From Mayamaea pseudoterrestris (lineage: Eukaryota), in contig BROI01000001.1 of NCBI GenBank assembly GCA_027923505.1, positions 1,612,001 to 1,676,000 on the forward strand: DNA of 64,000 nt, read 5' to 3'. The notes under the pieces were generated by a model, which searched no databases, was not told the DNA's origin, and saw nothing but the letters and a program-made list of their open reading frames with translations. Both the position numbers and the translations under genes were made by a program. Below are positions 22,684-35,673 of this stretch, in pieces. Within the stretch, counting starts at the first letter, position 1. Each line of letters begins with the position of its first letter.

Positions 22684-23155
22684 TGACACGAGAATATCAG
22701 ACTAAACCCTTATTCCAGCTGGCAATGGACTCGGAGCGATCAACCTCTGCCCAGCGTAAAAGCAAAACAAACAAACTCAATTGCTGTGAATAGATGTTAT
22801 ACATTTACTGGTGGCGCTTCTTTCTCAAGTCACTGGGTTCACGGTCGAGGTTCACGCCTCGAGATCGTCAGCGATTTCACTCATGTATGTGAGGATTCGG
22901 GTCACAAGTGTTGACTCAACCCTGCACAGGATTAAATGTACAAAACACAGGTAGCTAACCGTCTTGTCATAAGACGCAGGTCAAACTCAACTCAATAATA
23001 TTGTGTCATCCCCTGATCTAGGCTTAGACAACGATCGCTTTCAGACACCCTTCCAGAAAAGAATCGGAATGATCAGGGTCGGAACGATGCGGCAAGAATG
23101 CAAGAACGTCGGCGACGTTCTGCTTGCCGAAGATGTGCTCAAAGTACAGAACATT
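22684..23155 (-). mobile_element. Error-rich inverted family 1 3' LTR plus PPT and end of pol
   Basis: TGACACGA...TTGTGTCA at 22684-23008, followed by the reverse complement of the PPT and RNase H C-terminus. Confidence 0.75.
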
Positions 23156-23162
23156 GAGCAAT

Positions 23163-26100
23163 TTGTATCAGAATGACGCTGTCTCGATCGCCCCGACGAC
23201 AGCTACTCAAGGTGCACCGGACGATAGGTGATTAGATCCTTCCTGCGAACGCCGTCGTCTCGCACTCGCTGCGAATAACACCCAGAAGAGTTTATGGGAA
23301 GGACGCGGCCGTCGGTACCGCAGAATGGTATCGGTGCGCGCTACACTGTGAATCGAGCCCGCAGCAACGAGACTCGCCAAGGACGCTGATTGACGGCGGT
23401 GCGAACGGTGGACTCGCTGGAAGCGATATGAGAATCTTGGTACTACCAACCACCGCGTACCGCGTGACAGGTTTGGAGCGACCACACGGTTCGCGAACCT
23501 TCAAGTCGGAACTGGCGTCGCTTGATTGAGACTCGGACTGGACCCATCGGTCAGTTCAACCAGTATAGCGGTACGACGGTGCTGAATCCATTCATGCACC
23601 ATCGCAGCTTTCGTTCGTTCGCCATCTGATCGACGACGTTGCTCCGCTCAGAATGGAACACAAGCCATTGTCACCAGTTGTGGCAAGCCATCATCCCTTG
23701 GCGATCCCACAAGGCGACGGTTTGCCTCGAATGGATACGTCCGCACGACGGACGCAGAGTTGGAAATGTATCCGACGGTCATTTTCGTTCGCGGACACCT
23801 GGGATCAAGGCGGACTTGGACAATGAATGGAACGAAGAAGAACTTGAGTTTAATCGTCACCTCGACGAATTGGAAGAAACCCATGGTTTCGTCGACGCCC
23901 GCATGGATGACTTTCGGCGACGCCACCTACGGAACAACATGAATTCAGTGGAACGTGTGGTGCAGTATGTCGACCGCAATCAGGCTGACACGACGCGCCA
24001 GCCAATGCACGACGACATGCCACAAGAACCTGACTACCAAGCGCTTCGACCCTGCCTGGCTACACGCCACTTGAACGAGGTCAACGTACACCATTAAGAA
24101 TACGACACAGCTTTTCCGTGCATCGGCACACCCCATTTCGCCAACACTTTAAGTCGCGATTCCCCGCCAATGTGGTTCGTTTCCATGACGATACCGCTTA
24201 CAGATACCTGGTTTTCCGTGCGAAGCTGCCTTTAACGACGGAATCAGCGGTCATGGCGGATGCAAGATGATGCAACTGTTCGTCGGCAAGAAGAGTCTGC
24301 TGACGAGGGGATACCCACTGAGAACCGAGTGACATGCCCATGGCGCTCAAGACTTCATTCGAGACATTGGCGCTCCCGACTTGCTCATTAGCGATAACTT
24401 CGCGAGTGCAGCTCGGGAAGCAAGTTGAAACTCTTTGCTGATTCTACGCAGTTGTGACCAACAGGCGAGCCCGGATACCAGGAACCAGAACCCTGCCGAG
24501 GCGTCGCATCCAAGAAGTCAAGTCATCAGTCCAGAACATCATGAACCGACGGGTGCACCCGCTGGAGCCTGGCTCCCTATGCGCACGATCGCACTTCGCC
24601 TTATTCAACAATCTGGCGACCGAGTCCCTCAACTGGAAGACCCCTACTGAAGCCGCCTTCAACCGAGCACCGACATTTCGCCATTCCTGCAGTTCAAGTT
24701 CTGGGAACGAGTCCTGTACGGAAGCTGGAGCCGACGAGCCGCCCGACATTTCCTCACACCAAGGAAGCAGCAGGACGCTGGGTCGGCATTGCAGAGAACA
24801 GGTGACATCCTCACGTCCAAGTTCGATCCGATCGACTGGAATGGTTGTCGTCCGATCTCAACGTTCGTCCCTTCTCCGGCGATGAACCTACGCCGCTGAA
24901 GCTGAAAGCGCTCCTGAAACTCAAGTCCGAATCCACTCGTTCGGAACCTGTTTTCGCGACGCGCGCTTTGCGCGTGAACGCAGCGTCGGTCGAAACTGTC
25001 GACGAGTTTTGACGATGAGTATGACCTAGTCGGTCCGGTGTTTGACGACCTACTCACACCCCAGCGCCTGATTCTGGGAACCGTGGATGAAGACGCATTC
25101 ACGCTTGAAAGCGCTGCCGGAGTTAGCCGGTCTGGATCGACGGACCCATGCCGTCCTTTACCTGGCTGAACTGATGGGACGCACTGTCCTTCTTGACGAG
25201 GAAGACGCGGCTCCACGCGACGTTACAAGGTTATTTAGCAACGCTGAACGATCGCGATGAAGCCAACCACAAGATCATCAAGTTCCGATTGAGTCTGGCG
25301 ACGGCGACGTCGATGAGCTTATTACCTACAACGAACTAGCCGACCCAGGCGAGCGGCAAGATCTTTACGACTGGGGACGGCGACAACGACTACCAGTACC
25401 ATAAGTTTGATTTCATTGACGGACATGAAGGTCCACTGACACAAGCCGACGCTACGACGCGCTCATCCTACAACTTGCTCATCAATGGACAAATGGCGAG
25501 AAGACCTGGGAGCCACTCGCATTGATTATCAAGTCCGGACCCTGACCGTCGAAGTATGGCAAGCGCAAGGGCATGCTGGACAAGGATGGATGGAAGCGCT
25601 TGAAGCGCATGGCAGGACGCACTAAATTGTTTAACCGCATGTGCAAGGCTGCAAGAAGAACCGTGTCCAAGAAGCGTTTCAAGTTTGGCGTTCAAGTTCC
25701 TAATACCTGAAGGAAGCGAACCGCCTCGACGCTGCTAATGGAAACACACTGTGGCTGACGCCGTCAAGACTGAGATGGAGCAGCTACAGCGAGTAGCACT
25801 TTCATCGACAAGGGCATGTGTCTTCATGGAAAGTGACTGGAAGCGCATCAACGCACATCTTGTTTTCGACTGCAAGAACGATCTGACGTAAGGCCCGACT
25901 CGTCGCCGGGGGACATCTGACCGCTCCGCCCAAGGACTCCGCCTACTCCGGCGTTGTATCTATCGCGAAGCATACGAACCATAGCACTGTTAGCTGAACT
26001 GAACGACCTCAAGTTTTGGGCTGCCGATGTCGGTGTAACGCCTACCTCGAGGCCAAGGCCGAAAAGGTCTACATTGTTGCCGGTCGCGAGTTTGGACCAT

Positions 26101-27351
26101 TGGAAGGCCATACCTTGGTCATCTACAAGACACTATACGGATTGCGCACTTCTGGCGCGCGTTGGTATGACACTTTACCGACACACTCACGCGACATTGG
26201 ATTCTACCCAAGCTACGCCGATCCTGACGTCTGGATGAAGGACTGTGGCACTCACCGCAGTCGACGGCGTGTTCGTCGACGATCTGGCTATGGCATGAAA
26301 GATCCACAAGCCTTCACGGACCCCTCAAAGAAAGTACAAGTATGTTGAAGGCGCGCATCAAGTATCACCTTGGAGCCGACTTCTATCGTGATCCCGATGG
26401 AACCCTCTGTATGAGCGCAAGACCTCGTCGGTCGCATGCTCAAGAACTACGAGACCATGTTTGGCGAGCAGCCACGCATAGCGCAAGTCACCGCTTGACG
26501 ACGGGGACCACCCGAACTCTGACCTTACCGAAGAGCTGGATGCCCGTGGCATTCAACAGTACCAGTTCTCTTATCGGTGACCTCCAGTGGGCAGTGACCT
26601 ATGTCGACTTGACATTCATTGTGCTGTAATGACACTTGGGCGCCTGCGCGCGCCCCGCCACACGGACACCTGGACCGAAGCCAAGCGAGTCTGCGGTTAC
26701 CTAGCTGAGTACCCTGATGCGGGCGATTCGTTTTCCGGACGAAGATCGTCGATCACGGGAACCTACCAAGTATGATTGGTTGCAATCGGTCTCACGGCAA
26801 CTCAAGCGAAGAGCTTCCGTGGAACATGCCGATCCCGAAGGCAAGCCTGTGCAACTAACTACCTTTATGGACGCGAACCTGTACCATGATTACACTACTG
26901 GACCGTTCCGCAATGGGAGTCCTGCATTTCCTGAACCAGACGCCCGTCGAATGGTTCTGCAAGCGCCAGAATACTGTCGAGACTGCAACATATGGATCCG
27001 AGTTCGCTGCCGCCAAGACCGCGACGGAACAGATTATGGATTTCCGATACTCCTACATGTTGGGGAGTTCCTTTGAGTGGACCAGCCTGGATGTTCGGCG
27101 ACAACGAAAGTGTCAAGAAGTCATCAACGATCCCGCACTCCACACTTTCTAAGCGACACAATGCGCTCGCCTACCATCGAGTTCGCGAGGCCATTGCAAG
27201 CAATGTTCTGTACTTTGAACACATCTTCGGCAAGCAGAACGTCGCCGACGTTCTTACCAAGTTCTTGCCGCATGCCACGTTCCGAACCCTGATCATTCCG
27301 ATTCTTTTCTGGAAGGGTGATACGGCAAACCGATCGTTGTCACAAGCCTAG
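23163..27351 (+). pseudogene. Second, indel-rich copy of family 1 pol (PR-INT-RT-RH)
   Basis: Restarts at sequence equivalent to about 18884 and runs to ...TANRSLSQA. Many 1-2 nt indels. Confidence 0.8.
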
Positions 27352-27362
27352 ATCAAGGGGGA

Positions 27363-27691
27363 TGACACAATATTATTGAGTTGAGTTGACCTGCGTCTTA
27401 TGACAAGACGGTTAGCTACCTGTGTTTTGTATGCATTTAATCCTGTGCAGGGTTGAGTCACACTTGTGACCGAATCCTCACATACATGAGTGAAATCGCT
27501 GACGATCGAGGCGTGAACCTCGACCGTGAACCCAGTGAGAACGAGAAGGAAGCGCACGAGTAGAGTAGCGAGTAACATCCACTATTCTAGCAATTGAGTT
27601 TGTTTGTTTGCTTTACGCTGGACGAAGAGGTTGATCGCTCCGAGTCCATTGTAGTCGCTGGAATAAAGGTTCGTCTGATATTATCGTGTCA
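27363..27691 (+). repeat. Family 1 3' LTR (copy A)
   Basis: Preceded by the PPT (GATCAAGGGGGGA) and followed by the TSD TTTGA. Confidence 0.95.
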
Positions 27692-27959
27692 TTTGACAGA
27701 CATGTATTGAACGAAACAAAACAGCAAATGGTCCATTTACAACGCACAAAGGAGCAACAATTGAAGGACAAGCTACCTTCCAAGAATGAACGAATCGTTT
27801 TCTGCTCACACTAGGTGACTTACGGGATTTGGTGCAAGGGTCACTTGAGTTGTTGCACTGAAAAGGAGAAATAGGTCATGTGGTAGGTGACACACGGCTT
27901 ATTGCACACTTATTGTGTACCAATACAACATTATTGCATTGAAAGTGCTTTTTCCGCAT

Positions 27960-29113
27960 GCTCCTGAGCTTGGCACTTGGGCCATTTATTGGCACACTTG
28001 ATAGCAAGGTGCTTGGGTGAGTGCTGGGAGACACACTGGGAGACACAGAGGGTGACACGCTTGGTGCTGAACTGGGAAGAAGACTGGCTCCTGCACTAGG
28101 TGACTCACTTGGCTTGGCAATTGGGTCACTTGACGGCACACTTGATAGCAAGCTGCTTGGGTGAGTGCTGGGAGACACACTGGGAGACACGGAGGGTGAC
28201 AAGCTTGGTGCTGCACTGGGAAGAAGACTGGGCCCTGTGCGCTAGGTGCCTCACTTGGCTTGGTGCTTGGGTCATTTGATGGCACACTGGCACACTGCTT
28301 GGCTCGCTTGGGTGAGTGCTTGAGACACACTTGGAGCCACGGAGGGTGCATGCTTTGTGCTGCACTGGGAAGAAGACTGGCTCCCTGCACTAGTGGTGAC
28401 CCGCTTGGCTTGGTGCTTGGGTCATTTGATGGCACACTGGGCACACCGCTTGGGCGAGTGCTAGGGAGATGCACTGGGAGCCCACGGGAGGTTGGTGCAG
28501 CACTGGGGAAATAGGCAGGGTCATGGGCCAGGGACTCACTCGGCTCGGCCGGCTGGGTCACTTGACGGCACACTTGATAGCAAGCTGCTTGGGTGAGTGC
28601 TGGGAGACACACTGGGAGACACGGAGGGTGACAAGCTTGGTGCTGCACTGGGAAGAAGACTGGGCCCTGTGCGCTAGGTGCCTCACTTGGCTTGGTGCTT
28701 GGGTCATTTGATGGCACACTATGGCACACTGCTTGGCTGCTTGGGTGAGTGCTCGGGAGACACTTGGAGCCACGGAGTGGTGACAAGCTTTGTGCTGCAC
28801 TGGGAAGAAGACTGGCTCCTGCACTAGGTGACTCGCGGCTTGGTGCTTGGGTCATTTGATGGCACACTGTGGCACACCGCTTGGGCGAAGGTGTAAGAGA
28901 TGCACTGGGAGCCACGGAGGTTGGTGCAGCACTGGGAAATAGGCAGGGTCATGGGCTAGGGGACTCACTCGGCTTGGCGCTTGGGTCACTTGACGGCACA
29001 CTTGATAGCAAGCTGCTTGGGTGAGTGCTGGGAGACACACTGGGAGACACGGAGGGTGACAAGCTTGGTGCTGCACTGGGAAGAAGACTGGGCCCTGTGC
29101 GCTAGGTGCCTCA
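27960..29113 (-). repeat. About 144-bp coding-type tandem repeat (Ser/Pro-rich PSxxPS, mucin-like) of a disrupted gene
   Basis: CACTGGGAAGAAGACTGG recurs every 140-150 nt, with a higher-order period of about 430 nt. Translates as ...PSESPSAGASLLPSAAPSLSPSVSPSVSPSTHPSSLLSSVPSSDP... Confidence 0.75.
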
Positions 29114-32100
29114 TGACACGATAATATCAGACGAACCTTTATTCCAGCGACTACAATGGACTCGGAGCGATCAACCTCTTCGTCCAGCGTAAAGCAACAA
29201 ACAAACTCAATTGCTAGAATATGTGTGGCTACACCCTATGCTCGTACTCCGCTACATGCTTCCCCTGTTACCACAACAGCCTGTCAGCTTCAGTCATTCA
29301 TGTGAGGATTCGTCACAGTGTGACTCAACCCTGCACAGGATTAAATGCGTACAAAACATCAGGTAGCCAACCGTCTTGTCATAAGACGCGAGGTCAACCT
29401 CAACTCAATAATATTGTGTCATCCTCCTTGATCTAGGCTTGACAACTACGTCGTGCAACGTGTCATTGCCATTTGACATGAATGATCATGGTCAGAACGC
29501 TGGAGCCTACACGAGAACGGCGTCTGCGCCAACATGGCTCAAAGTACAGAACATTGCTTGCAATGGCCTCGCGAACTCGATGGTAGGCCAGGCTTTAATA
29601 GTGCTCGTTGACGACTTCTGACCATGTCTCCCGAACATCCAGGGGTGTGCCATTCATGGGATGGTCCATACATGGTACAAACGGTCTGCCTGGCGGCCTA
29701 CGCATGAGAATGCTCTACAGATGGTGCTGACAGTATTCTGACGCTTGCAGAACCACGTGCGTCTGGTTCAAAATACTCATGCGAAGTCCAGTAGTGTAAT
29801 CATGGACAGGTGGTGGGCATAAACGGCTGCCCAGGGCCACCACCATCTGCAAAATGGGTGTGGCCCGCCCCCAAATTATGGATCATCCCTACCATGCCCC
29901 GTCCCTGATCACCCAACACCCAATGAGTAAAACAAGTCCAGGTGTGCCATTGACATGAGGATGGTCTGACATGGTACAAACGGCTGCCTCTCTACTGGGT
30001 CCAGTGGGTGTGGCCAACCCCCCAAATTATGGAATCATACCGCTGCAGTGCCCCTGTCGCTACCCAACGTCCCAATGAGTCAGGCAAAAACACATGTCCC
30101 GGTGTGCCATTGACATGAGGATGGGCTGAAGTGGTGCAAATCGGACTGCCTGGGGGCTACCACCACCATCTCGCAAAATGGGTGTGGCCAACACCCCAAA
30201 ATTATGGAATCTTACCCTACAATGCCCCGTCCCCTGTCCCCCCCAATGAGTCATGCAAACAAGTCGGGGTGCCACTTGCATGGGTGGTCTGACATGGTAC
30301 AAAGCGGACTGCCTGGAGGCCTACAGCATGGAATGGTCTGCAAGATGGGTGTGGCCAACCCCCCTAATTGTCGGATCACCACTACATGCCCCCCCCCTGG
30401 CCACCCAACAACCCAGAAGTGGATGGTGTGCTTGCGCTGAATGGTGCAAAACGGACTGCCTGGAGGCCTACACCATCTGCAAAATGGGTGTGGCCAACAC
30501 CGCAAATTATGGAATCATACCACTACAATGCCCCTCCCGTCCTTATCACCCACACAACCCAATGAGTCATGCAAAACATGTCAGGGTGTGCCATTGCATG
30601 AGGATGGTCTGACATGGTGCAAAAAGGACTGCCTGGAGGCCTACAGCATGGAATGGTCTACAAGATGGGTGTGGCCAACACCCCAAATTATGGAATCATA
30701 CCACTACAATGCCCCCATGCCCTGGCCACCCAACAACCCAATGAGTCAGGCAAAACATGTCCAGGGTGTGCCATTGACATGAGGATGGGCTGAAATTGGT
30801 GCAAAACGGACTGCCTGGAGGCCCTCACCATCTGCAAAATGGGTGTGGCCAACACCGCAAATTATGGAATCATACCACTACAATGCCCGTCCCTGATCAC
30901 CCAACAACCCAATGAGTCCAAAACATGTCCAGGGTGTGCCATTGACATGAGGATGGTCTGACATGGTACAAAACGGACTGCCTGAGGCCAACAGCATGGA
31001 ATGGTCTACAAGATGTGTGTGGCCATCACCCCCAAATTATGGAATCATACCACTACAATGCCCCATGCCTGGCCCCCAACAGCCCAATGGGTCAGGCAAA
31101 ACATGGTTCTGGGTGTGCCCATTGACATGAGGGATGGTCTTGCCACAACTAGTGACAATGGCTTGTGCTCCATTCTGGGAGCGAGCGACGTCGTCGATCA
31201 GATGGCCGAACGAACGAAGCTGCGATGGAGCATAAATGGATTCAGCACCGTCGTACAAAGCATACTGGTTGAACTGACCGATAATGGGTCCAGTCCGAGT
31301 CTCAATCAATGCGACGCCAGTTCCGACTTGGAGGTCGCGAACCGTGTGGTCGCTCAAACCTGTCACGTTACACGTGTGGTTGGTAGTACTCAAGATTCTC
31401 ATATCGCTTCCAGCGAGTCCACCGTTTGCACCGCCGTCAATCAGCGATCCTTGGCGGGTCTCGTTGCTGCGAGCTCGATTCACAGTGTAGCGCACCGATA
31501 CCATTGCGCGGTACCGACGGCCGTCGCTTCCCATAAACTCTTGCTGGGTGTTATTCGCAGCTTGAGTGCGAGACGACGCGGCGTTCGCAAGGATAGATCT
31601 AATCATGTCATCCGGTGCACCTTGAGTGGCTGTCGTCGGGGCAATCGAGACAGCGTCATTCTGATACAAGATTGTACCAGGCACCGAGGCAGCCGCTTGT
31701 GACTGCTGGTTATTCGCGCGGTTGCCGTTGTTTGCGCGTCTTGTTGTGGCGGGTCTTGGGACGGCTTCGCGTCGAGCCATGAGCTGAGCGTATTCGTCCT
31801 CGTTAAGTCGGCCGAGTCGTTCGTACGACATGTACGACCAGGGGGCCTGCAACAACTGTTCAAAGTTCAGAATCACAGGGAATCTGCCCGGAGTGCTTGC
31901 GCCGGCTGCTGGGAGTGGCGCGGACCCAAGCCCCGTCCCCTGGCGCCGCCCAGCGTCTGCCTGTCTCAGCGCCGCGTCCGCCTGACCCGGCTGGTCGCGT
32001 CCACCACGGCGACGCCCGAGTCCGTGGCCGGTCGCGTGGATGTTCCGTTTCTTGGCGGTCGGCGTTTTTCTTGCCCTTGTTCAACTTGGCGTTCTTGTTG

Positions 32101-33868
32101 TCGATGCGCAAAGCCTGCTGCGACAACATGTCGAAAAGATAGTCATAATCTTCCGTCACGACGGCATCTGGGTCACCGCCTGCACTGATGATGCGTCGTC
32201 GTTCAAATGTCAAGTGCTGGTCGAATGTCGTGCACGTGGGGCCGAATTCTTCGTCGCCTTCCACTGCAGCTCGGAGCCAGTAGTACTTCTTCTTGTCGTC
32301 CGTCACTCCAGGACGGAACTCTTCAAGATTCTTCATGAGCTGTTCAATGTAGTTTAGAAACTTGTAGTGTCCTTTCGTCCAGGTCGAATCTAGGCGGATC
32401 GTCGCAAGCTTGGCTTGCAGTTCGTTCGCTTGGATGGTAGCTAACTCGCCGGAACCAAACTTGGTCGCGAGATCGCGATAGACGCTCTGAGCGTCAGACT
32501 CGTCAGCGTACTTCATTAGGAGCGACTGGTATCCAGGTACTTCGAGACAATTGCGAAACGCAGTGTACATGAAGATTTGCTGCTCCTTAAACTCTTCCTT
32601 CTCTTCTTCCGTGACTGGTACGTACTTGCTATCGAGCACGTTAGAACAGCCATGGAGCTTGGCGATTGCCTTGGTAGACGCGCTCCAACTCAACCACCCG
32701 TGGGGATGCTGGAACGTTTTGTAGTCCTTGTAATCTCGCTTCGTCTTGATGTTCGAGAATCGACCCTTGGCATCTGCTTCCTTTTCGGCCTTCTCAGCCT
32801 TCATATTCTCATTTTCGAGTTGCTTGGCAAGTAGCTCGGCTTGCGCTCTCTTAGACTCGAGGATATAGTACCCTTCTTCACGCTTTCGACCGATTTCTTG
32901 TTCGGCGAGTCTTTCTTGGAATCGCTCGAGCTTGCCTAAATCAAGCTCCGCCCACATCTTGGTGTTCGGGGCTCCGTCGTGCATGTTAAACCATTCGCAT
33001 GCATCGAGGATAAGGTTCACGTCGACTGGTGGTAGACGTGTTTCGTATCGTGCTGGGGCGGCGGCTGCTTGTCCTTCGGCCGGTCCTTCGGCCGGCTCGT
33101 CGCCCGGCTGCGCATCGTCGGGATGCGCGCCTTCAGGTTGCTCAACGCCAGCTGGGATGGCGGCTCTGTCGACCCAGTAGGGGGCTTCAAGTTGCTCCTT
33201 GGTCAATCTCAACATCTGGGTAGTGGTGGTTACATTCCAAAACAAGAACGCTTCTTGGATGTCTTGTCCGAAAACGTTCACGCAGAGCGCTTGCAAAGCC
33301 TCCGCAGTAACCGAAACCATGATAGTGAATACCTCGCTTTCCGCAAGTCCTTTCTCACACAACAACCGCTCTCAATGCAGTCGAGCCTTATACGATCCTG
33401 TTCTACGCGCTCGCGTCAAGTATTCGGATTGACGACGCCGCAAGGAATCTGCTCTTTCTCTCTCAGTTTCTCGATTCTTTCACTCTCTCTCTTTCGCACA
33501 GCTCTCTCAGGTCAAGACAAGCTAGCAAGACTGTTAATCTGACACGATAATATCAGACGAACCTTTATTCCAGCGACTACAATGGACTAGGAGCGATCAA
33601 CCTCTTCGTCCAGCGTAAAGCAAACAAACAAACTCAATTGCTAGAATAGTGCATGTTACTCGCTACTCTACTCGTGCGCTTCTTTCTCGTTCTCACTGGG
33701 TTCACGGTCGAGGTTCACGCCTCAATCGTCAGCGATTTCACTCATGTATGTGAGGATTCGGTCACAAGTGTGACTCAACCCTGCACAGGATTAAATGCAT
33801 ACAAAACACAGGTAGCTAACCGTCTTGTCATAAGACGCAGGTCAACTCAACTCAATAATATTGTGTCA
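29114..33868 (-). mobile_element. Family 1 copia copy B (reverse strand); most of pol replaced by satellite
   Basis: Clean 5' LTR 33540-33868, PBS 33526-33539, gag from ATG 33320 into protease (to about 31135), garbled pol end and 3' LTR 29114-29421. No matching TSD. Confidence 0.8.
29640..31140. repeat. Tandem satellite with alternating ~180 and ~170-bp units
   Basis: Unit starts near 30578, 30757, 30925 and 31103 (spacings 179, 168, 178). Conserved blocks GGGTGTGGCCAACACC, AAATTATGGAATCATACC, GTGTGCCATTGACATGAGGATGG. Confidence 0.85.
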
Positions 33869-35673
33869 GCCATGGTTGCCGTGTCATGGACAGGAGTTGA
33901 GGAGATGGAGAGCCGCTCATCCAAAGTTGAAAAACTGTAGCTCAAGGTTTTGCTACATGGAGTAATACAAGTCCTCCAAGATATTTGCTAAAGAGATGAT
34001 CTAAGGGCAAATGGATGTCACACATGAGGCATATACGGCAAGTGCAGCTATTTCCGGCAACCCCCCAAAGTATTTATGTGCCACCATCGTAGCAAGTTCA
34101 GAAATGGTCTCCATCATCATATATTCCAAGTATCTGCCGTGACAATGAGTTCAAATGTGTGATTGGGCACTTCAGATGATCAATCACACGTCCGAGGACA
34201 CGCATTCGAGCCAGCTTTTCCATAGCATCCATCACCAAGTACTATCTACCTCGAGGACCATGTCAAACGACCATTCCCTCCGTTTTGTCCTTCCGCTTAT
34301 TGTGGAGGGACACTTTAATGATGATCCATGGTCGAATCTGAAAGGCTGACTGGACACTGCACTTTTAGGCGGCAGCATAAGTTCTCCATAGTGGCAGTAC
34401 CTGCAGCAGCTTTAGTAGTAAACTCAATGCGCTGTTGGGTAATTTTCAATAAGAGAGCAAATTGATATCTTTCTTTGTGTTGCGGCATGCTCGTCTTGCT
34501 TTGCGGCGGCTTTAGCAGTGTTAGCAGCAAGAGTGTCGGCATTGGATTTGTACAGCACCGCGAGCATTTATACCAAGCAAGATTCGATGCAAGCAAGGAT
34601 TGGCGTATCTCGTTGGAGGCTTAATAAGCAACCAGCAATGAATAGTCAGCCGCGTCCAGCTCGTTGCAGTTCTTGGAAGTAGCGACGGGCGACGGCCATT
34701 GCGCCTATGCTGGCTTGGTGTACTTTTGCCGTCACGTCAGCCATTTAGAGAGTAGCGACTCGAAAGCTTTGGACCCCTGCGCTCGCATCCATTACATGAG
34801 AAGCTAGCTTGGCCCATCCCTGACTGCTCATAAATTTTTGCATTTATCTTTGTTGCCTTGGTAGTGCTGGCTTTCGTCTGCGACTCGCTATTCCGGTAGG
34901 GTCGTGCTCGTTGCCACACTACCGGAATCAGCTGCTCTGAGTCCTTGGCAGCTATTTGCCATCCACACTTGTTGCTGCTGAGACAGCTTTCGTGCGAGAA
35001 ACAGTATTTTCATGCTTGCAAGCGTGGTCATGATGGCGGTTGATTGTCAGCTGTCTATGCATTTGTATCGCTCGCCAAGGCAACATCGCAATCGGCTACA
35101 ATCTTCTTGAACACCTCTGAACCTATAGCGTCAACTCTTGGCTTTTCATTCCTCCAGCTAGTCAATTTTATGGCAATGTTATTGGCTCCGTGGCCATTTC
35201 TTTGGCAGAATTCCAACCACTTTGGAGGTCCTCGTTTGGGATTGGGATGGACTGACTCGCTCCTCACTTTGATGGCTTGCTATTTTAGATAAAAATCTGA
35301 CTCATATTGACAACAGTACATGGCATTGTTAATGCTTGCGTATCGTATACATTGACAGAGGCAGCAGAAGAGCAGGTATAGTAGTAGTATATTTATTTAT
35401 CGCCATGGTCAATGCAACGGATGGCTCCTCGAAGCGGGATTTTGAATGGGTCACGATGCGACAATAGCACGGTTCCCCTCCACGGTGGCGCGTCGCTCAA
35501 GGCCACACTCTCCAGTCTCCATTATTATGCCTCGCTCATCCTTGCTTGATTTCAACAAAATGGGCAGACCATTTCCGAGAGCAACATATATTTTACTCCT
35601 TCTTTTTTTCTTCCTTTGAATGAGCGAGCGCCAAGCCATGGACGATGGAGCATTTGATGCGACTCAGCCTTTC

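Larger units (their letters stand above)
16658..27691 (+). mobile_element. Ty1/copia (CoDi-like) LTR retrotransposon, family 1, copy A; internally duplicated or garbled
   Basis: LTRs 16658-16986 and 27363-27691 (TGACAC...GTGTCA). TSD TTTGA at 16653-16657 and 27692-27696. PPT before the 3' LTR. Both LTRs share the diagnostic AGAAGGAAG variant. Pol is present twice and indel-rich beyond about 20.7 kb. Confidence 0.88.

Noticed and set aside
30570..31135. Satellite as a coding repeat with conserved TGA (selenocysteine or readthrough)
   Set aside because: One frame looks protein-like, but TGA recurs, unit lengths are unreliable because of indels, and no start, splice or SECIS evidence is visible.
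29640..31140. CRISPR-like array
   Set aside because: Whole units repeat with no unique spacers, there are no cas genes, and the context is eukaryotic.
33526..33540. tRNA-Asn gene
   Set aside because: Only part of an anticodon arm is present, with no D arm, T arm or acceptor stem. It is the retrotransposon PBS.
29109..33873. Target-site duplication for copy B
   Set aside because: The flanks CCTCA and GCCAT do not match, so the two LTRs may not belong to one insertion.
33900..35600. Possible decayed gene fragments
   Set aside because: No coherent frame or recognisable domain was found.
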